DNA of 63,480 bases, filler included, from Octopus bimaculoides (GCF_001194135.2; 9 parts of 7 records of this genome joined end to end with filler, not necessarily neighbours in it); one strand, 5' to 3'; shown: positions 12,643 to 27,533, numbered from the whole stretch's first letter. Notes: generated by a model not told the origin, from the sequence alone. Program-made: numbers and translations.

Positions 12643-13490
12643 TATAAGAGAGTAACCGGAAAAGTTATCTGTGAGACACGCCCTTTGTAGTTAAGTTTTC
12701 CACCGCGAAAAAAACAATTGTTGCGACCATCGGGCAATAGTTTGATAACCAGCGTCCTCGACTGCGGTCGTATTGCCACGTGGTGCATCTTTGTTTTGCA
12801 GTGTTTCTACTGTCTTCGCCGATTTTTGTGATGGCTGAAACGAAGGGCCAGCATGTTTCCGTGAAATTCTGTTTTCTGTTGAGAAAAACGGCAGCCGAAA
12901 GAGTTGTCATGCTTCAAGCAGTTTAATGAATGCTGCGGGAGCAAAAAAAAAAAAATTAGAAAAGATTACGATTGGTTTCCATGCTTTATGACTGGTCACT
13001 TTTTGCTTGAAGGCCATTCTCGTTCAGGATGACCGTCAACCTTCCGAACGAGGGAAAAATCACCAAAATTCATGAGCTGATATTGGAAGACCATCACCGA
13101 ACAATTGACGAATTTGTGAATCTGACTAGTGCGTTGGAGTTTTGGGCGAGGATTTGTAAAGGAAAAGACATGCAGGAAAATGTCTGCCTCACTTGCTCAC
13201 AATATCAAAAGGAGTCACGAACTGAAAGGACATTTGGAAATTGATCCTGACATTTTTGCTTTCATCACTGGTGACGGAAGCTGGTGTTACGGAATTTGCT
13301 GATGCAGAAGATGTAAAGAAAAAGCGACAGAGGTGTTAAAAGGTATCACTTCGCAGGAGTTCCAGCACTGCTTCCAATAGTGGCAACCGTGCCTGGACCG
13401 ATGCATTGTTCACATGGTGATAACATGTACACATGTAAAACTAAGTGAATAAAATAACATTGCGATATCCGGTTTCTTCTGGTACCCCAT
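12643..13490 (+). mobile_element. Internally deleted mariner-family transposon
   Basis: N-terminal MAETKGQHVSVKFCFLLRKTAAERVVMLQ (HTH), TGDGSWCYG, then directly C-terminal FADAEDVKKKATEVLKGITSQEFQHCFQ*WQPCLDRCI. TIRs are degenerate. Confidence 0.8.
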
Positions 13491-14656
13491 ATATATATAA
13501 GTGTGTGTGTGTGTGTGTGATCCACTTTAGAACCTAGGACTTCAAACCTAAGCTCAGGATGGGGTCAAATTTGGGGTAAATCTTTTATAGCCATATCAAG
13601 TTTCTACGTCGCTTCCTCACTTTCTTTTTATATCTAAAACCCTAGTAAAATAGCGAAATACGTAGCCACACATGAAAGNNNNNNNNNNNNNNNNNNNNNN
13701 NNNNNNNNNNNNNNNNNNNNNNTTAATTAATTAANNNNNNNNNNNNNNNNNNNNNNNNNNNNNNNNNNNNNNNNNNNNTGTGTGTGTGTGTGTGTGTGTG
13801 TATGTGTGTGTGTGTGTGTGTGTGTAGATACACGCACACACTCACACGCACACAAAGATATATACAAGCAAATGAAATATTTTCTTGATAAATATAAAAA
13901 AAAACAAGAAAGTATATTTGTGAGGCATTTTTCGAACGTGAATAAATTTCAAAAGGAAATATCTATGCTGAATTCGTTAGTAGCATTTGGCTGGATGCAA
14001 GGAGTTCTAAAACCCAATAGCGCGGTAAAGCTAGAAGCAGCAAAGGTCAAAATGACGGCCGTCATCTTCATCATTGACATGTCAATCATAGATAACCCGA
14101 AATATTTCTATGCACATAACACATACCTCTTGTCTTGAAAATCGCTGAAAATCCACCGTTTGGCTCATTGGTTTATATCGACAATTCCCACCAGCTGTTT
14201 TTTTCTTCCATCAATTAGAATTTCCTCTTCAATCCATAAAGTTGTTTCAAGCAAACTGTAGAAATTTAATCTAACATGTAAAAGGCTAAGCAAAACCTCG
14301 TCTCCCAGCATTTTATTTGGTAACCATTATTGCTCTATCTTGCCAAGATCAATGAGAAAGGAACTCCGTAAGGTGGCGTTACTGCTCCAGCGTTTTTCGC
14401 TAGGTATTCTACGCGGCAGTGCCATCGTGATCATGTCTGCAGGGCGCTGCTGAATATGCCATTTGTTCTGGGGTGTACTCCCTCCCCTATCATCTTCTGC
14501 AGCTTAACCACTTCTCTTTATCTTCTTTGTTTCTATGCAACTAAATTGTGACTCAATCTTTGTACAAAAAAGAAATGCATTAATATAACAAAAAGAAAAA
14601 TGCTGCATCACGTATTTGCGGAGCCTGTGTAACCCCGAGCAGACATATTCTCTCAC

Positions 14657-14696
14657 CTGATGCTCTCAGACTCCAGAAACATTGGTGATGCTACTG
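14657..14696 (-). CDS. Candidate 40-nt internal exon (VASPMFLESESI), gene unknown
   Basis: Minus strand cttttccttcag|...catcag|gtgaga with one open frame. No partner exon found. Confidence 0.25.
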
Positions 14697-14999
14697 CTGA
14701 AGGAAAAGATTCATACGCTAGATGTTAGCTGGTGCTAGATTTTTTGTTTTTTTTTTAAGTAAGCTGGAGCAATGTGAAATGGTGTCCTTTGTTCAATAAC
14801 ACAACGCACTGTTCGATCCCGGAATCGCCCCCACGATGTTCAATCAGAAACTCACTTTGTGTCACGCTGAATCTCTCTGAGAACTACGTTAAGGGTACAC
14901 TTGTCTGTGGAGTGCTCAGCCACTTGAACGAGCAAGCTATTCCGTTGATCGGATCAACTGGAACCCTGGTCGTCGTAACCGACGGAGTGCCGTAGTAGA

Positions 15000-15086
<87 letters not shown>

Positions 15087-16792
15087 CATATATGTATATG
15101 TGTGTATAATAATATATATACATACATACATGTGTGTGTGTACATACATACATACATACGCAGACTTGCAGCACAATGTTTCATTTCTTTTCATATGTGG
15201 ATATCCGATTTGATCTAAAAATACTTGCATAAAAATAGATGATCGTCCATATATGGACATGTTTGCTTATGTAATTATTTCAACGTTTTACCATTTTGTT
15301 TTTCATCTTTTCACATGAAATGGAGACAGAATAGTAGAGACGTATCTGTAAATGTTATTGTTCCTCAATTGAAATATTTGCATTTTATTCGTTGTTGCAT
15401 GTGCTTTGGTAAGCGTGACCCCACTTTGGGAGAACGGTGCAATGGTGTTGTGATCATGCATATTAATGTGGTGAAAAATAAGTTGATTACGAAACATTTA
15501 TCAAGGTGGATGTATAAATAGTCGCCCGTTGGACACTAGGACACAACAGCCCTAAACAGTCAGACACTTCGCTCGTGTTATTATAATTTTGTTATGTACG
15601 ATAAAATGGAACGTCGTATAATTGTTGTTTTTGCAGAAGAGCAAACGACACTGCGGTCATCTGGCACCGTTGTTTTCGTATGACAACGCGTATAGTTCAG
15701 TTACAGCTAGAATGAATTCGGGGCAGCTCCAGCTGATGCCGCCTTTAATTTTACGTTAACTGGTCGTCGGATATCACGGCCTCTGTGCCCCACTCCCGTT
15801 ACAAAGACAACGGAGAAGAAGAACACGAAGAACAAGAAGAACAAGAAAGAGGAGGGGGCGATGAAGAAGAAATAAAAGGCGGTGGTGGTGATGAAGAAGA
15901 GGAAGGAAGAGGAAGAAAGAAGACGCAGAAGTCGAAACGAACAGTGAAAAAAGCGGCTTCTCTGTGTATATTTGAGATGGGACGGTGATTGAAGATTGAA
16001 CGGGGGAGAGGGCGGACAGAAAGCTCAAATAATAAAGCTGGAAAGAAAGAAGGAGAAGGGTCATGAAGGTAGTGGTGTAAGCGTGTGTGAGAGAGAGAGA
16101 GAGGGAGAGAAGGAGAGAGACAGAGAGACAGAGAGAGACTATAAATGCTTATGTGCGAATGTGTGTATATGTGTAGGTTAAACATACATATATGCTTGCG
16201 TGTATGGTGCGCGCGTGTGTGTGTGTGTGAGCGAAGCTGCGTAGATGTGTGTGAATGTGTTGGGAAATTATTAGCTCTGTCTCGTCCCAGGGTTTGTTCC
16301 ATGTTTGCACGAGAGATTGTTTGTGTATCGATATAGCCCGAACCTTTTTATAATTTGACAAACATACGCAGATTGTGGCACACGTGGTAGATAATTGGTC
16401 TGACTAAACAAAGTAAGTACGGTAGCCGTGAGGGGAAACAAAAACACAATTTGTTCGTTTCGAATTCATTTTAGATGTTAAAACACTTACCCGAGTATTT
16501 CGATTCAGTGTTTTTATAGCATTTCGCCTGTATTATTATTTTTTTCTGTATTTTGTTAAATTTTGAGGTACATATAACTTGGATTCACAAATTTATGAAA
16601 CAATGTATTTTTGGTGGCTGTGTGGTGAGACGTTTGCTTCCCAGCTGCATGGTTCCGGGTTCAATTCCACTATGTGGCAACTAGGACAAATGCCTTCTAC
16701 TATAGCCTCGAGATGACCAAATCCTTGCGTGTGTATTTGGTAGAGGTTAACTAATTGAAGCCAGTCTCTTTCTCCCTTTTTTNNNNNNNNNN

Positions 16793-16840
<48 letters not shown>

Positions 16841-16859
16841 TGTGTGTATTTCTTTCTCC

Positions 16860-17040
16860 TGCACCACGACTTGACAACCGATGTTAATGTGTTTACGTCC
16901 CCGTAACTTACTGCACTGGCGAAAGAAGATCGATAGGATTAGTACCAGGCTTTAAAATAAGTAATTGTTTCGATTCATTCGGCTAAAAGTTTTTCAATGC
17001 GGTGCCCCAGCATGGCCGCAGTCTAATGACAAATAAAAAT
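16860..17040 (+). mobile_element. SINE/retroposon 3' family C (...ggtgccccagcatggccgcagtc..atgac)
   Basis: Related copies at 26945-27110(-), 40715-40870(-), 54730-54850(+), 56260-56440(-) and 56935-57000(-). Confidence 0.75.
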
Positions 17041-17229
17041 TAAAAAGATAAAGTTTAAAAAAAAGATTTAAGATATTTATGAACGATACTTCGTACAAAG
17101 TGTTGTTATTAATATCATTTATTTCTTATGACTTTTCCTGTTTTTCTATCAATGAGTTTTTCTATTAATCGTATATTTCATCATGAATAACGCAGGTAGC
17201 ATCTATAAATTCAGTATCCGGTGGTAAAA

Positions 17230-17850
17230 CGTTTTGCCAACCTGGACTTCGTTGATGATATTTCATTGTTGGAAGAATTCAAAGACTGCCTATAAGAGCT
17301 GGCAAACTGTCTGAGAGAAGTGGAGAAGAAAACTCGACTGTGAATAAACGTCAAGAAGAAGAAAGCCATTAAAATTTGCCAAGTAACATTGTCAAAGAAG
17401 GAAGTCTATTTCATCAACTTAGCAATGTTCTGAGCAATGCCAGAGATGTCGTAATCGATGTCAAATACAGAAAATCGAAAACAAGCGATAACACAATTTA
17501 AGGGAATCTACAGAATTAAGACTATGAATATACTAGACAAACATCAAATTCTATCTTATCGTACTACCAACAGCAGTAAGAACGAAGCGCAGAAGAAAAA
17601 ATGATGAGAATATGAAAAATGCTGATAGTCTTTTACCAAAGGTGCTTTACCAAAGACGAAGAAATCTTAAGAAAGATATTGGCGTGAAGGTTCAAAAGAA
17701 AAGCGTGGAAACGAAAAATGCGACCAACCGGCCAGGGTCTAAGGCAGTACTATACGGACTACTGGTCACATGATATTGTACTTTCAGAGAAAACTACAGG
17801 TCAGGTGATACTGAACTTTTAGGAGGATCAGAAAACATTTGGAAAAAATG
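17230..17850 (+). mobile_element. Highly decayed RTE-like LINE reverse transcriptase fragment
   Basis: NLDFVDDISLLEE...RL*INVKK matches the RT DLDFADDIALL...GLxINxxKTK motif. Confidence 0.7.
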
Positions 17851-18639
17851 GAACATGTAATTAATAGAGAACACCAGAGAACTGTCGATCGATGCCCAAA
17901 AGCTGTACTGCGTTGTATGTTTTAGATCAAACTACACAGAATTCTCCTCAAAAGTGTTGCATGATGATGATGGTGGGGAGTTAATAAATAACATAACTCA
18001 ATGGGTTGTAAGTATAACAGTAAATATTTCCACTTCATGTGACTAGGTAGTCTACAGTAATTTAATTTGGTAGAACCACCTGAAAGAAAGCAAAATATAA
18101 ACAGCAAAACAAAAGAAAACGCAATAAAATAACATAGAAAATCTAATTTTACTTCAAGATGTTCAGATCTTTTTATACCGTTTCGTTCCCATTCCTGTTT
18201 TCTGTCTTTCTTTCTTTCTCTTTCCTTCTCTGATAGACTTTTCATGCTTTTTTACTATGTTATATTATTGTATTACATCCACAAAATGTTAAACTTTAAC
18301 TAAAACTTTGACTCTGTTGCGAAAAGTTCAAAATTCCAAGACCATTTTGAATGAAATAGTGCGGAAGTAGTCCCTTTTCCTACCAATGCATCAATGAATG
18401 AAGCCAGGCTGTGCTATCATGAAATATTACGATGAAGATAAACACTTAGATGGATGGTTCAATTTTAAAAGAATTTAAAACAAAATTATAAAGAAACAAT
18501 ACTTCTTTCTCTCATTTGAATTAAACAGTTTTGAAAACAAAACTCGTTTAAACGATTTAAATAATTGCTCTTAGTATCCATGAATCAGTAGCGTTCATGT
18601 CGTTGATTTTGTACGTGACTGCATGTGTGTGTGTATGCT

Positions 18640-18730
<91 letters not shown>

Positions 18731-19259
18731 CAAACAGACATAAAAAAAAATTGATGCTGCTACGAAAAGCAATGTACTTTTTACCAAATTTAATCTTTTA
18801 TCTTAGTTGACTTGTATTGGGTGAGGACCAGCTAAGTCATGTCATTTCTTTCTTTGCAGCTTGTAATTACATCTTGTAATTACATTTTGCACAACTTCTA
18901 TCAGTCTCTTGTAACACAATGCCTTCTTTTGGCATCAAATATCTTGTTGTTGAAGAAAAATCAAATCTCATAACCTTTTTTACAAGAATTATCCACTTCA
19001 TTGACACGATTTTTCTCTTTATGTTGAAAATAGCCTGATATTACGGAATACACAGTAGAAAACTTACTTTTATTTCTATAATATTCTTACAAGTCAGCTT
19101 CGTATTTTTTCTAATTTTTTGTTTCTAGCTATTAACTATTTTATGCCATCATCTCCTCCTAGAAACATTACGAGGTTTTGAAGAGATCTGATAATCGTGA
19201 AGTAATACGTACATAGACACATCCATACATCCACACACACACACACGTGTGTGTGTGTG

Positions 19260-19295
<36 letters not shown>

Positions 19296-19395
19296 NNNNN
19301 NNNNNNNNNNNNNNNNNNNNNNNNNNNNNNNNNNNNNNNTTAATTAATTAANNNNNNNNNNNNNNNNNNNNNNNNNNNNNNNNNNNNNNNNNNNN

Positions 19396-19426
<31 letters not shown>

Positions 19427-19446
19427 GAGAGAGAGATATTTATTTG

Positions 19447-19478
<32 letters not shown>

Positions 19479-19580
19479 CATAGAGAGAGAGAGTGAGGGA
19501 AAGAGAGAGAGATATGTATATGTATATATATATGTGTGTGTGTGTGTATGTATATATATAGAAAGAGAAATAGATAGATT

Positions 19581-19635
<55 letters not shown>

Positions 19636-20602
19636 AGAGAGAGAGAAAGAGAGAGAGAGGGAGTGAGCGGGAGAGCGAGAGATACATAGCACTAAATTCT
19701 TTAATGTGCTTGCAATATTCTCACTGAAGAGGTAAAGATCTAGTACAGCATTTATGATTTCAATCAAATTTTGATTCTGGCAGCAGGTTTCAAATCTACT
19801 GGAAAATAAATTGTTTGCATAAAAATTTATTTTGTTCAGCACGATACCGAGCAAATAATTATTGCTCACTCATTCATCATAAATAATCATTATAGCAATT
19901 ATCAATCAATACCATTTAAAAAAAAATTTATGTTTGTATTAACTTCAGAATCACAAGGAGGCGTGTAGAGCAAACACGATGTATAACTTCGTTTAGATTT
20001 TTAACTTGGCGTTTCAATCGATCTATGATACTAATAGGCCTGAGAAAAATATGAATATAATAAAAACCTGGAGTGTTATAAAATTCCAGTAATATGTTAC
20101 CTAGAGATTGATGCATATATTAGAATTATATCACATCGAACCAATAAAATGCCAGACTTTAAACGTATGGTTCATTTTCATAGTTATAGTTGTCAGGGAA
20201 TTTGTTTAAAAAATAAAAAAACAATTAGATGGTTCGATACACTGTGACTGACTTACATTTTGCCATCTGGAAATATAAAAGGTAAACTCAATGGATTTAA
20301 TACAAGACAGAAAATAACCATAACTTATGAAAATAACCATAAGCAGCAGAATCACACTTGAATGTGTTTCTTTTAGTCACTGTCATGCAAAATGCATCAT
20401 TAGTCGTGTATTGTGATTCGTATAAGTCACATCTATTCAATACAAATATAAGATAAAATGTATGAGACATCGCACTTCATTATATTTTTATTATCGCTCC
20501 AGAGCATCTGCGTCAACTATCTTGTCTCTAACCTTCAGTGTATATTCTGAAGTACATACAAGTGTTTCATGTGTAGCTTCTGCAACTCATATTGCAGCAT
20601 TT

Positions 20603-20603
20603 C

Positions 20604-20678
<75 letters not shown>
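20603..20678 (+). repeat. (CTAT)n array, upstream flank of the Tx1-like element (gap follows)
   Basis: Pure tetranucleotide run. Confidence 0.95.
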
Positions 20679-21318
20679 NNNNNNNNNNNNNNNNNNNNNN
20701 NNNNNNNNNNNNNNNNNNNNNNNNNNNNNNNNNNNNNNNNNNNNNNNNNNNNNNNNNNNNNNNNNNNNNNNNNNNNNNNNNNNNNNNNNNNNNNNNNNNN
20801 NNNNNNNNNNNNNNNNNNNNNNNNNNNNNNNNNNNNNNNNNNNNNNNNNNNNNNNNNNNNNNNNNNNNNNNNNNNNNNNNNNNNNNNNNNNNNNNNNNNN
20901 NNNNNNNNNNNNNNNNNNNNNNNNNNNNNNNNNNNNNNNNNNNNNNNNNNNNNNNNNNNNNNNNNNNNNNNNNNNNNNNNNNNNNNNNNNNNNNNNNNNN
21001 NNNNNNNNNNNNNNNNNNNNNNNNNNNNNNNNNNNNNNNNNNNNNNNNNNNNNNNNNNNNNNNNNNNNNNNNNNNNNNNNNNNNNNNNNNNNNNNNNNNN
21101 NNNNNNNNNNNNNNNNNNNNNNNNNNNNNNNNNNNNNNNNNNNNNNNNNNNNNNNNNNNNNNNNNNNNNNNNNNNNNNNNNNNNNNNNNNNNNNNNNNNN
21201 NNNNNNNNNNNNNNNNNNNNNNNNNNAAACGCTGCCTCCACCACTGCTGCCACCAATACTGCCATCACCACCACAACCAACACGAATACTTAAAACAATT
21301 TTGCCGCAGTTTTAAAAC

Positions 21319-22780
21319 TTGAAGAACTGCTTGTCTGCAAAGCAATGTTTAAAAAAGACGAACACACCATGCAACTACAGACACCACAAAACATCACAGA
21401 AAAAATCGAAAAAAACCCCAATTATTTACAAGATACTCAACCTTAAAGCAAAGCTATACAAAATGGCCACTCAAGAAAAAGTAGAAAAATGTTTAAGGCC
21501 CATTTGGGTCTTCAAAGACTATATCACGAGGGGAAACAAATTAGCCACGATCGAAATTAGATTCGACAGTGAAGAAGGAGCCAATGACCTCTCCACAAAG
21601 TCCTTTGAATGTGAAAACTTACTGATGATCCCTACATACCTTGGTCGTAGTGTCACAGAGATAAAAATAAGAATGTCCCCCCCTGAGATAGAAATAAAAT
21701 GGCTTGTGTCTGCCATTTGTTATGACATCGAGGACGAAATCCCTATCTTGGAAATCGCTGTCCTGGACAAGCAAAAATTGATTGACCAAGGAGTTGAATT
21801 CCTTGCTCAAATTGAAAAGATTCCACATGAAATCAAATTGACAGACGATTCGAGTTTTCATGTGGCCGTCGAAGGCGGAAAACCACGTTGCTACGTTTGT
21901 CGTAGCAAAGCACGCTTAAAAATTAATTGTCCATTTGCACAGAAGCAATAACAACTGCAACAGCAACGACAAGATCACGAAAAACAATAACAACCACAAG
22001 AAAACCAAAAACCGAGCAAAACACCAGCACTGCGACCCACACGGCCATATGCACAACTGATTAAACAGCTCTATAAACAATTGAAGGAACATCAGCAACC
22101 AACAAGCCAGCCCTACCAGACAACATCACCACCAGCGCTACCATGAAGAGAAACAACACCATCATTACCACCACCACCAACAACAACAACCACTGCAAAG
22201 GAAGAAGAGAAAACCAAAAAAGACTCATATCCCCCCCAACCCAACCCATAAATCACATCCCAACTGTCATCGACTAGCACTAAGACCAACAACAAAATCA
22301 AAACACTCAGAAATAGACCCCAAACCCTTCCCCTCCCACCTTCTGATGCTTCCGATATGTCATCAAATGAAGACGACACAAAGGATTGGCAAGTGGCCAT
22401 AAGGGGATGGAGAAAACGGGGTGGGGAATAGAGAATCAGACAAACAAAGCAGGGAGGTTTACCACTCTCGAAACCAAATCACCCACAGAAACCAAAAGCA
22501 TCAACACAAACATATTACCTCGCACCCTACCAAACAATGTCGACAGCTATAAACACCAACAATCAAGACCTAATGGAATACATTAGGTCAAACACCAACA
22601 TAACAGAAAATGATACCAAAACAAAAAATCACCGACGCACAACACCATCACAACACATTAAAACATACACAGAACACTCACAACATACTGAAAACTTAAC
22701 ATACTTAAATTTCAAAAATATTAGTCTAAAAAACGATACAAAAACCTTCTGGGAGAAGACTGAGGTAAAAGACAAATAAC
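21319..22780 (+). pseudogene. ORF1 of the Tx1-like element (RRM-like region, degenerate zinc knuckle, low-complexity linker)
   Basis: IEIRFDSEEGA / IPTYLGRSVTEIKI / VAVEGGKPRCYVCRSKARLKINCP; continues with stops into Thr/Pro/Asn-rich sequence. Confidence 0.85.
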
Positions 22781-22856
22781 TTTCGGACAGTAAGTGACTC
22801 TCTCTCTTTCTCTTTCGTCTTCCTTTCGTGTGTTAAACACAACTTTCGATAGGAAC

Positions 22857-25800
22857 ATGCTCAAAATAGGTAGTATGAATGTACGTGGCTTGGGGTCGCC
22901 TTCGAAACAAGGCTACCTGTTAAATGACATCAAGTCACAGAATCTGCATATCATAACCACCAGCGAGACCAGACACCACATCCCGCGGGCCCTCCAGCAC
23001 ATGTTCGGCGGACATTTCGGCATTTATTTTTCTCCGTGAATGGGTGGAGGTGGCACCGCGGTGCTTCTTCGGAAGAGTTTGGACTTCAAAGTAAGAGTAA
23101 CTTTCCTTGACCCGAAGGGTAGGCTGGTTGTCTTAGATGTCCATGGAAATAATGGGTGTGCTTTTCTAATGATAACAGTTTATGCACTGTCCTTAATAGG
23201 TCAGCCAGATTTCTTCCGACGTCTAGAGGTTTGCCTGGGAACGTCTCGACCTTTATTTTGTGTGGGGGATTGGAACGCTACCCTGGACACGTATCTAGAC
23301 TACGTGGGCAGAGATAGTAATAGGAGGGGATGTAAATGCATCAAGGATCTGCTCAGACCTTTCCAAATGTCTGACAGGTACCGACTGGACTACCCGAATA
23401 TGCCCATTTGGACATGGAGCACTCACATCGGATCGTCCAGATAGCATTTAGTTAGATTATTCTGTAGGACAGTGGATAAGGATAGTGTAGGTTGTCCACA
23501 ATTCCATTTACTCAGTTACACAGATCATAAATTTGTGACTTGTACACTTGACTTAGATAATACACAAAGGCACTTAAGGAAATTAGAAGAGGCACTTAGG
23601 ACTGGCATCACGTTCAACGTACTGGCAGCAAAGTTTGCCCTCGATTAACACTTAAACGCCAAACACGAAGGATGTGTTGTCAGAGCTAGGATGCGTGCTC
23701 TGAGGAACGAAGGAGTTGGAACTGCCCGAAAGGCCTGAGAGGCCCGAGTTGGGGAGCGCAACGAGGCAGCAAGCCACCATTAGGTCTCTGGCAGTGAACA
23801 GTGGCGCGAATTACTCGAGCCTGACATGATGTGTGAAGCCTTTCAACAAAATTTTGCCCGACTGTACGGGACAACTGGTGGGTCAGAATGCAGAGTTGAC
23901 TTTAGTGCCTACCAGCATAGCCTACCACGACTCTCGGCTATGAAAGAATCATCACAGCCGCGGACGTACGGAATGCGATGGCAGGCTGCGCGGGAGACAA
24001 GACGCCAGGCTTGGATGGTCTGCCCTACGAACTTTATTGTCATATGTCAGACTTGTTTAGAGGCGTCATAGCAGCTGTCTACTGCAACTAGCAAAAAAAA
24101 AAAAAACGGGAGTATCCCCGTCACTGTAAAGCGAGGAGCTGCTAACGAAAGATCCAAACAAGGGGAACGTCATAGATAACTTCAGGCCCATCACTCTGCT
24201 CAACGGAGATTTGGAGATTTTGGCCAAGGTGTTAGCCGAGAGGTCGGCGCTTGTCATCGAGAAACTGGTCGACAAGGCGCAAACGTGCGCCGTGCCGGGT
24301 AGGAGTATCCGTGACAACCTCAATCTGATGCGCTACTTCATAGACAGGGTAGTTTAGGAGCCTGGTATAGGTGGAGGCGCTGATCAATTTGGACCAATCA
24401 AAAGCTTTCCATGAGGTAGACCATCGCTACTTGGAGGCTGTCCTTAGAGCGGCTGAAATCAGTCCCGTCTTCCGCGGTTGGATTGCTGCCTTATAGAGTG
24501 GCATCCACTCGGTAGTTAGCGTAAATGGTCATCTGTACAGACCAGTTAACATCACGCGTTCGGTTCGTAAAGGATGTCCCTCGTCGCTTCTGTACATATT
24601 GACTCTTAAGCCACTACTTCGGAAACTGGCGACGGTGAAGGGCATTCTGCGAGAGCTGGGACGGTGAAGGAGCGTGTCTGCATACACGGACGACGTCACC
24701 GTGATAGTGTCGAACCACAGGCATATCGACCTGGTCCGCTAGATACTAAAAAAACGAAGCAGTAACAAGAGCAACAATTAACTAGGAAAAGTCAGTGACC
24801 TTGCAGCTCGGCACCTGGAGAAGCAAGCTCATGCCGTCCAACAGCGTCTCCATCGTGGGATGCTGCACCGACGGATCGGTTAAATTGCTCGGAGTCTTGT
24901 TCCGTCCGGACCTCCAAATGGAGAAGAACTGGGGCGAGATAGTGATTACGGTGGCCACTCTCACCCAGCAATGGGCCGTGAGGAAGTTGTCCCTCAAACG
25001 TCGGGTGGAAGTGGCGAACGCGTACATCCGTCATCGATTACCGTTTGACCGTCGAGCCTTGTCCCGACACTACCATCACTAAACTGAAGCGCATATTCTT
25101 CCGCATTTTGTGGAAGGGAAGCGTTCCGATGGTCAGGCGATCCATTTGCTGTCAACACTCGCTGAATGGAAGGTTAGGCATGCCGTGGCTGATGATGCAC
25201 AGACATGCACTGAGGCTGCGACATCTCCGACGTGAAGAGGTGTGGTTGTTGTTTATGCGGCGCGTTTTCCCGCAGCTCGTCTCTTTGGCCGAACGGCAGT
25301 CGTGGATCGAACAGAGACCGAGACTAGGCGAATGGCTCTGCGAGTGCCGCCTTGCTCTCAAGCATCTCCGGAACGAAGCTTCAATTCCACAAAGGTGTTC
25401 TATAGAGGATTAGTGGAGGGGAGGTGTGACGAAGATCTAGGGCAGAATCTGGGCGTCGACAAAGAACACCTGACCAGCCTGTTCAGGACAACTTTCGGGC
25501 TGGGACAATCACCAGAGATCCCTAGCCTGGCAGTGCTATCGAGAGGCATTACCGGATCGGGATAAGCTCTACAGGCACCGTTCGAGACACACCGGACCGA
25601 CTTGCCCGAAATGCGGTCAGAGCGATGGAACCATTCTGCACGCACTCGTGCAGTGTCCAACCATTTCGGACCTGTAGCCTTATGCCGAACGTCCGTTGTC
25701 ACGTGTGGGACGAGCTTACTTGTCGGTTGAGGCTATCGTGAAATTGCTCCCCCATCTTCCCTTAACCCGGAAGGCAAGGCAGTGTTCATCGTACTGTTGA

Positions 25801-26006
25801 CCATGGTGAAAGAATGTGTGTGGTGGACTCGAGCGATAGGTTTAGAGACAAACACTTAACTCTCTGGCTAATCGCTCATCAACTTTTACAAGTACCACTT
25901 GAGAAGGAAGGTGAGAATAGAGAGGTAAGCATTTACTAGTGAAAGTTTCAGTAAAAGGTGAGTGAATGTAGCAAAGTTGGTAGTGCGAATGACGAAACCA
26001 CTTTGA
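22857..26006 (+). pseudogene. ORF2 of the Tx1-like element (APE endonuclease, RT, CCHC), multiply frameshifted
   Basis: MLKIGSMNVRGL..SETR; VGDWNATLD; FRPITLLNGD; AVPGRSIRDN; DQSKAFHEVDH; SVRKGCP; AYTDDVTV; CPKCGQSDGTILHALVQCP; terminal FSKRWVNV. Confidence 0.93.
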
Positions 26007-26034
26007 GCATGATCCTGAAAATCGAAAAGGGAGA

Positions 26035-26162
<128 letters not shown>

Positions 26163-26419
26163 ACTTTGCTCTCATGTGTTTGTTCCCTCCCTGCCTCAGG
26201 TTTCCGTGCTATTTTTCGTAGGCTTTTCTTTCCACGGACAAGCCTAATCTTGTTTTTTACTTTTTTAATATTTTCTGTGATACACGATACCTTTTGATTT
26301 CTTTTTCTCACGATCTCTTTTGGATTTTATTTCCTCCTCTTTTTCTATTTTCGAAAAGAAAAGCTCTTCATTGTATTTTTTCCCCTCTGTGTTCGACCCT
26401 GCGTGGCTAATAAAGAAAC

Positions 26420-26420
<1 letters not shown>

Positions 26421-26490
<70 letters not shown>
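26421..26490 (+). repeat. (TATC)n array at the 3' junction of the Tx1-like element
   Basis: Pure run starting right after the element end. Confidence 0.95.
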
Positions 26491-26491
<1 letters not shown>

Positions 26492-27280
26492 GCTCGTATG
26501 TATGTGCGCATACATATGCTGCATATACAATTATACGTGACAATGTCAACATGAAAGAGTACGGTTAGACAGTTATTTAATAATCACTACACATGTTTCC
26601 ATACAACATAGATCTTATATACAGCATTCAAATTTTGCAACGGTTTACCTGCATAATAGGATCTAGTTGTATTTCCTCAGGTGATATGCAATTGCTCTCG
26701 ACGTTAATTACAAAACCTTCGACTAACGGAGACAGCAATTGTGTATCACCTGAAGAAATACAACTGAATACCATAATACAGGTAAACTGTTGCATAATTT
26801 AAATGTTGTATATATGAAGATACGTGTTTTATGGAAACACGTGCTATGATTATTAAATGACTGTCAAATAACTGTCTTCTTGAATCTATCTTATTCAATT
26901 TTATTTTCACACACACATAGAATACGTAAACTTAGACTTATTATTAATTTATTTGTTTCAGTCATTTGACTGAGGCCATTCTGGAGAACCACCTTCCGTC
27001 GAACAAATCGACCCCAGGAGTTATTCTTTGTAAGCCTAGTACTTATTCTACCGTTAAGTTACGGCGACGCAAACCCACCTACATCGGTTGGCAACTGATG
27101 GTGGAGGACAAACACACATACACACACGCACGCACGCACACACACACACATACACGCACACACACACACGCACACACACACNNNNNNNNNNNNNNNNNNN
27201 NNNNNNNNNNNNNNNNNNNNNNNNNTTAATTAATTAANNNNNNNNNNNNNNNNNNNNNNNNNNNNNNNNNNNNNNNNNNN

Positions 27281-27533
27281 NGACTGGCTTGTGCGGGTGG
27301 CACATAAAAGACACCATTTCGAGCGTGGCCGTTTTCGTGCGGGTGACACATAAAAGCACCCACTACACTCTCTGAGTGGTTGGCGTTAGGAAGGGCATCC
27401 AGCTGTAGAAACTCTGCCAAATTAGACTGGAGCCTGGTGTTGCCATCCGGTTTCACCAGTCCTCAGTCAAATCGTCCAACCCATGCTAGCATGGAAAGCG
27501 GACGTTAAACGATGATGATGATGATGATGATGA
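27281..27533 (+). mobile_element. Retroposon 3' region with (GAT)n tail, probably an RTE 3' UTR
   Basis: cccactacactctc..gagtggttggcgttaggaagggcatccagc..ggacgttaaacgatgatg. Copies at 32640-33062(+), 35880-36090(-), 41200-41570(-) and 41780-42120(-). Confidence 0.8.

Noticed and set aside
14150-14560. GC-richer stretch that might be a transposase remnant
   Set aside because: No frame gave a motif I could assign.
15785-15988. Acidic/basic 67-aa ORF
   Set aside because: Product of (GAA)n/(GGT)n purine-rich repeats; no domain or splice support.
18867-19034. 56-codon minus-strand open frame after a tcag acceptor
   Set aside because: No recognisable motif or partner exon; could be chance.
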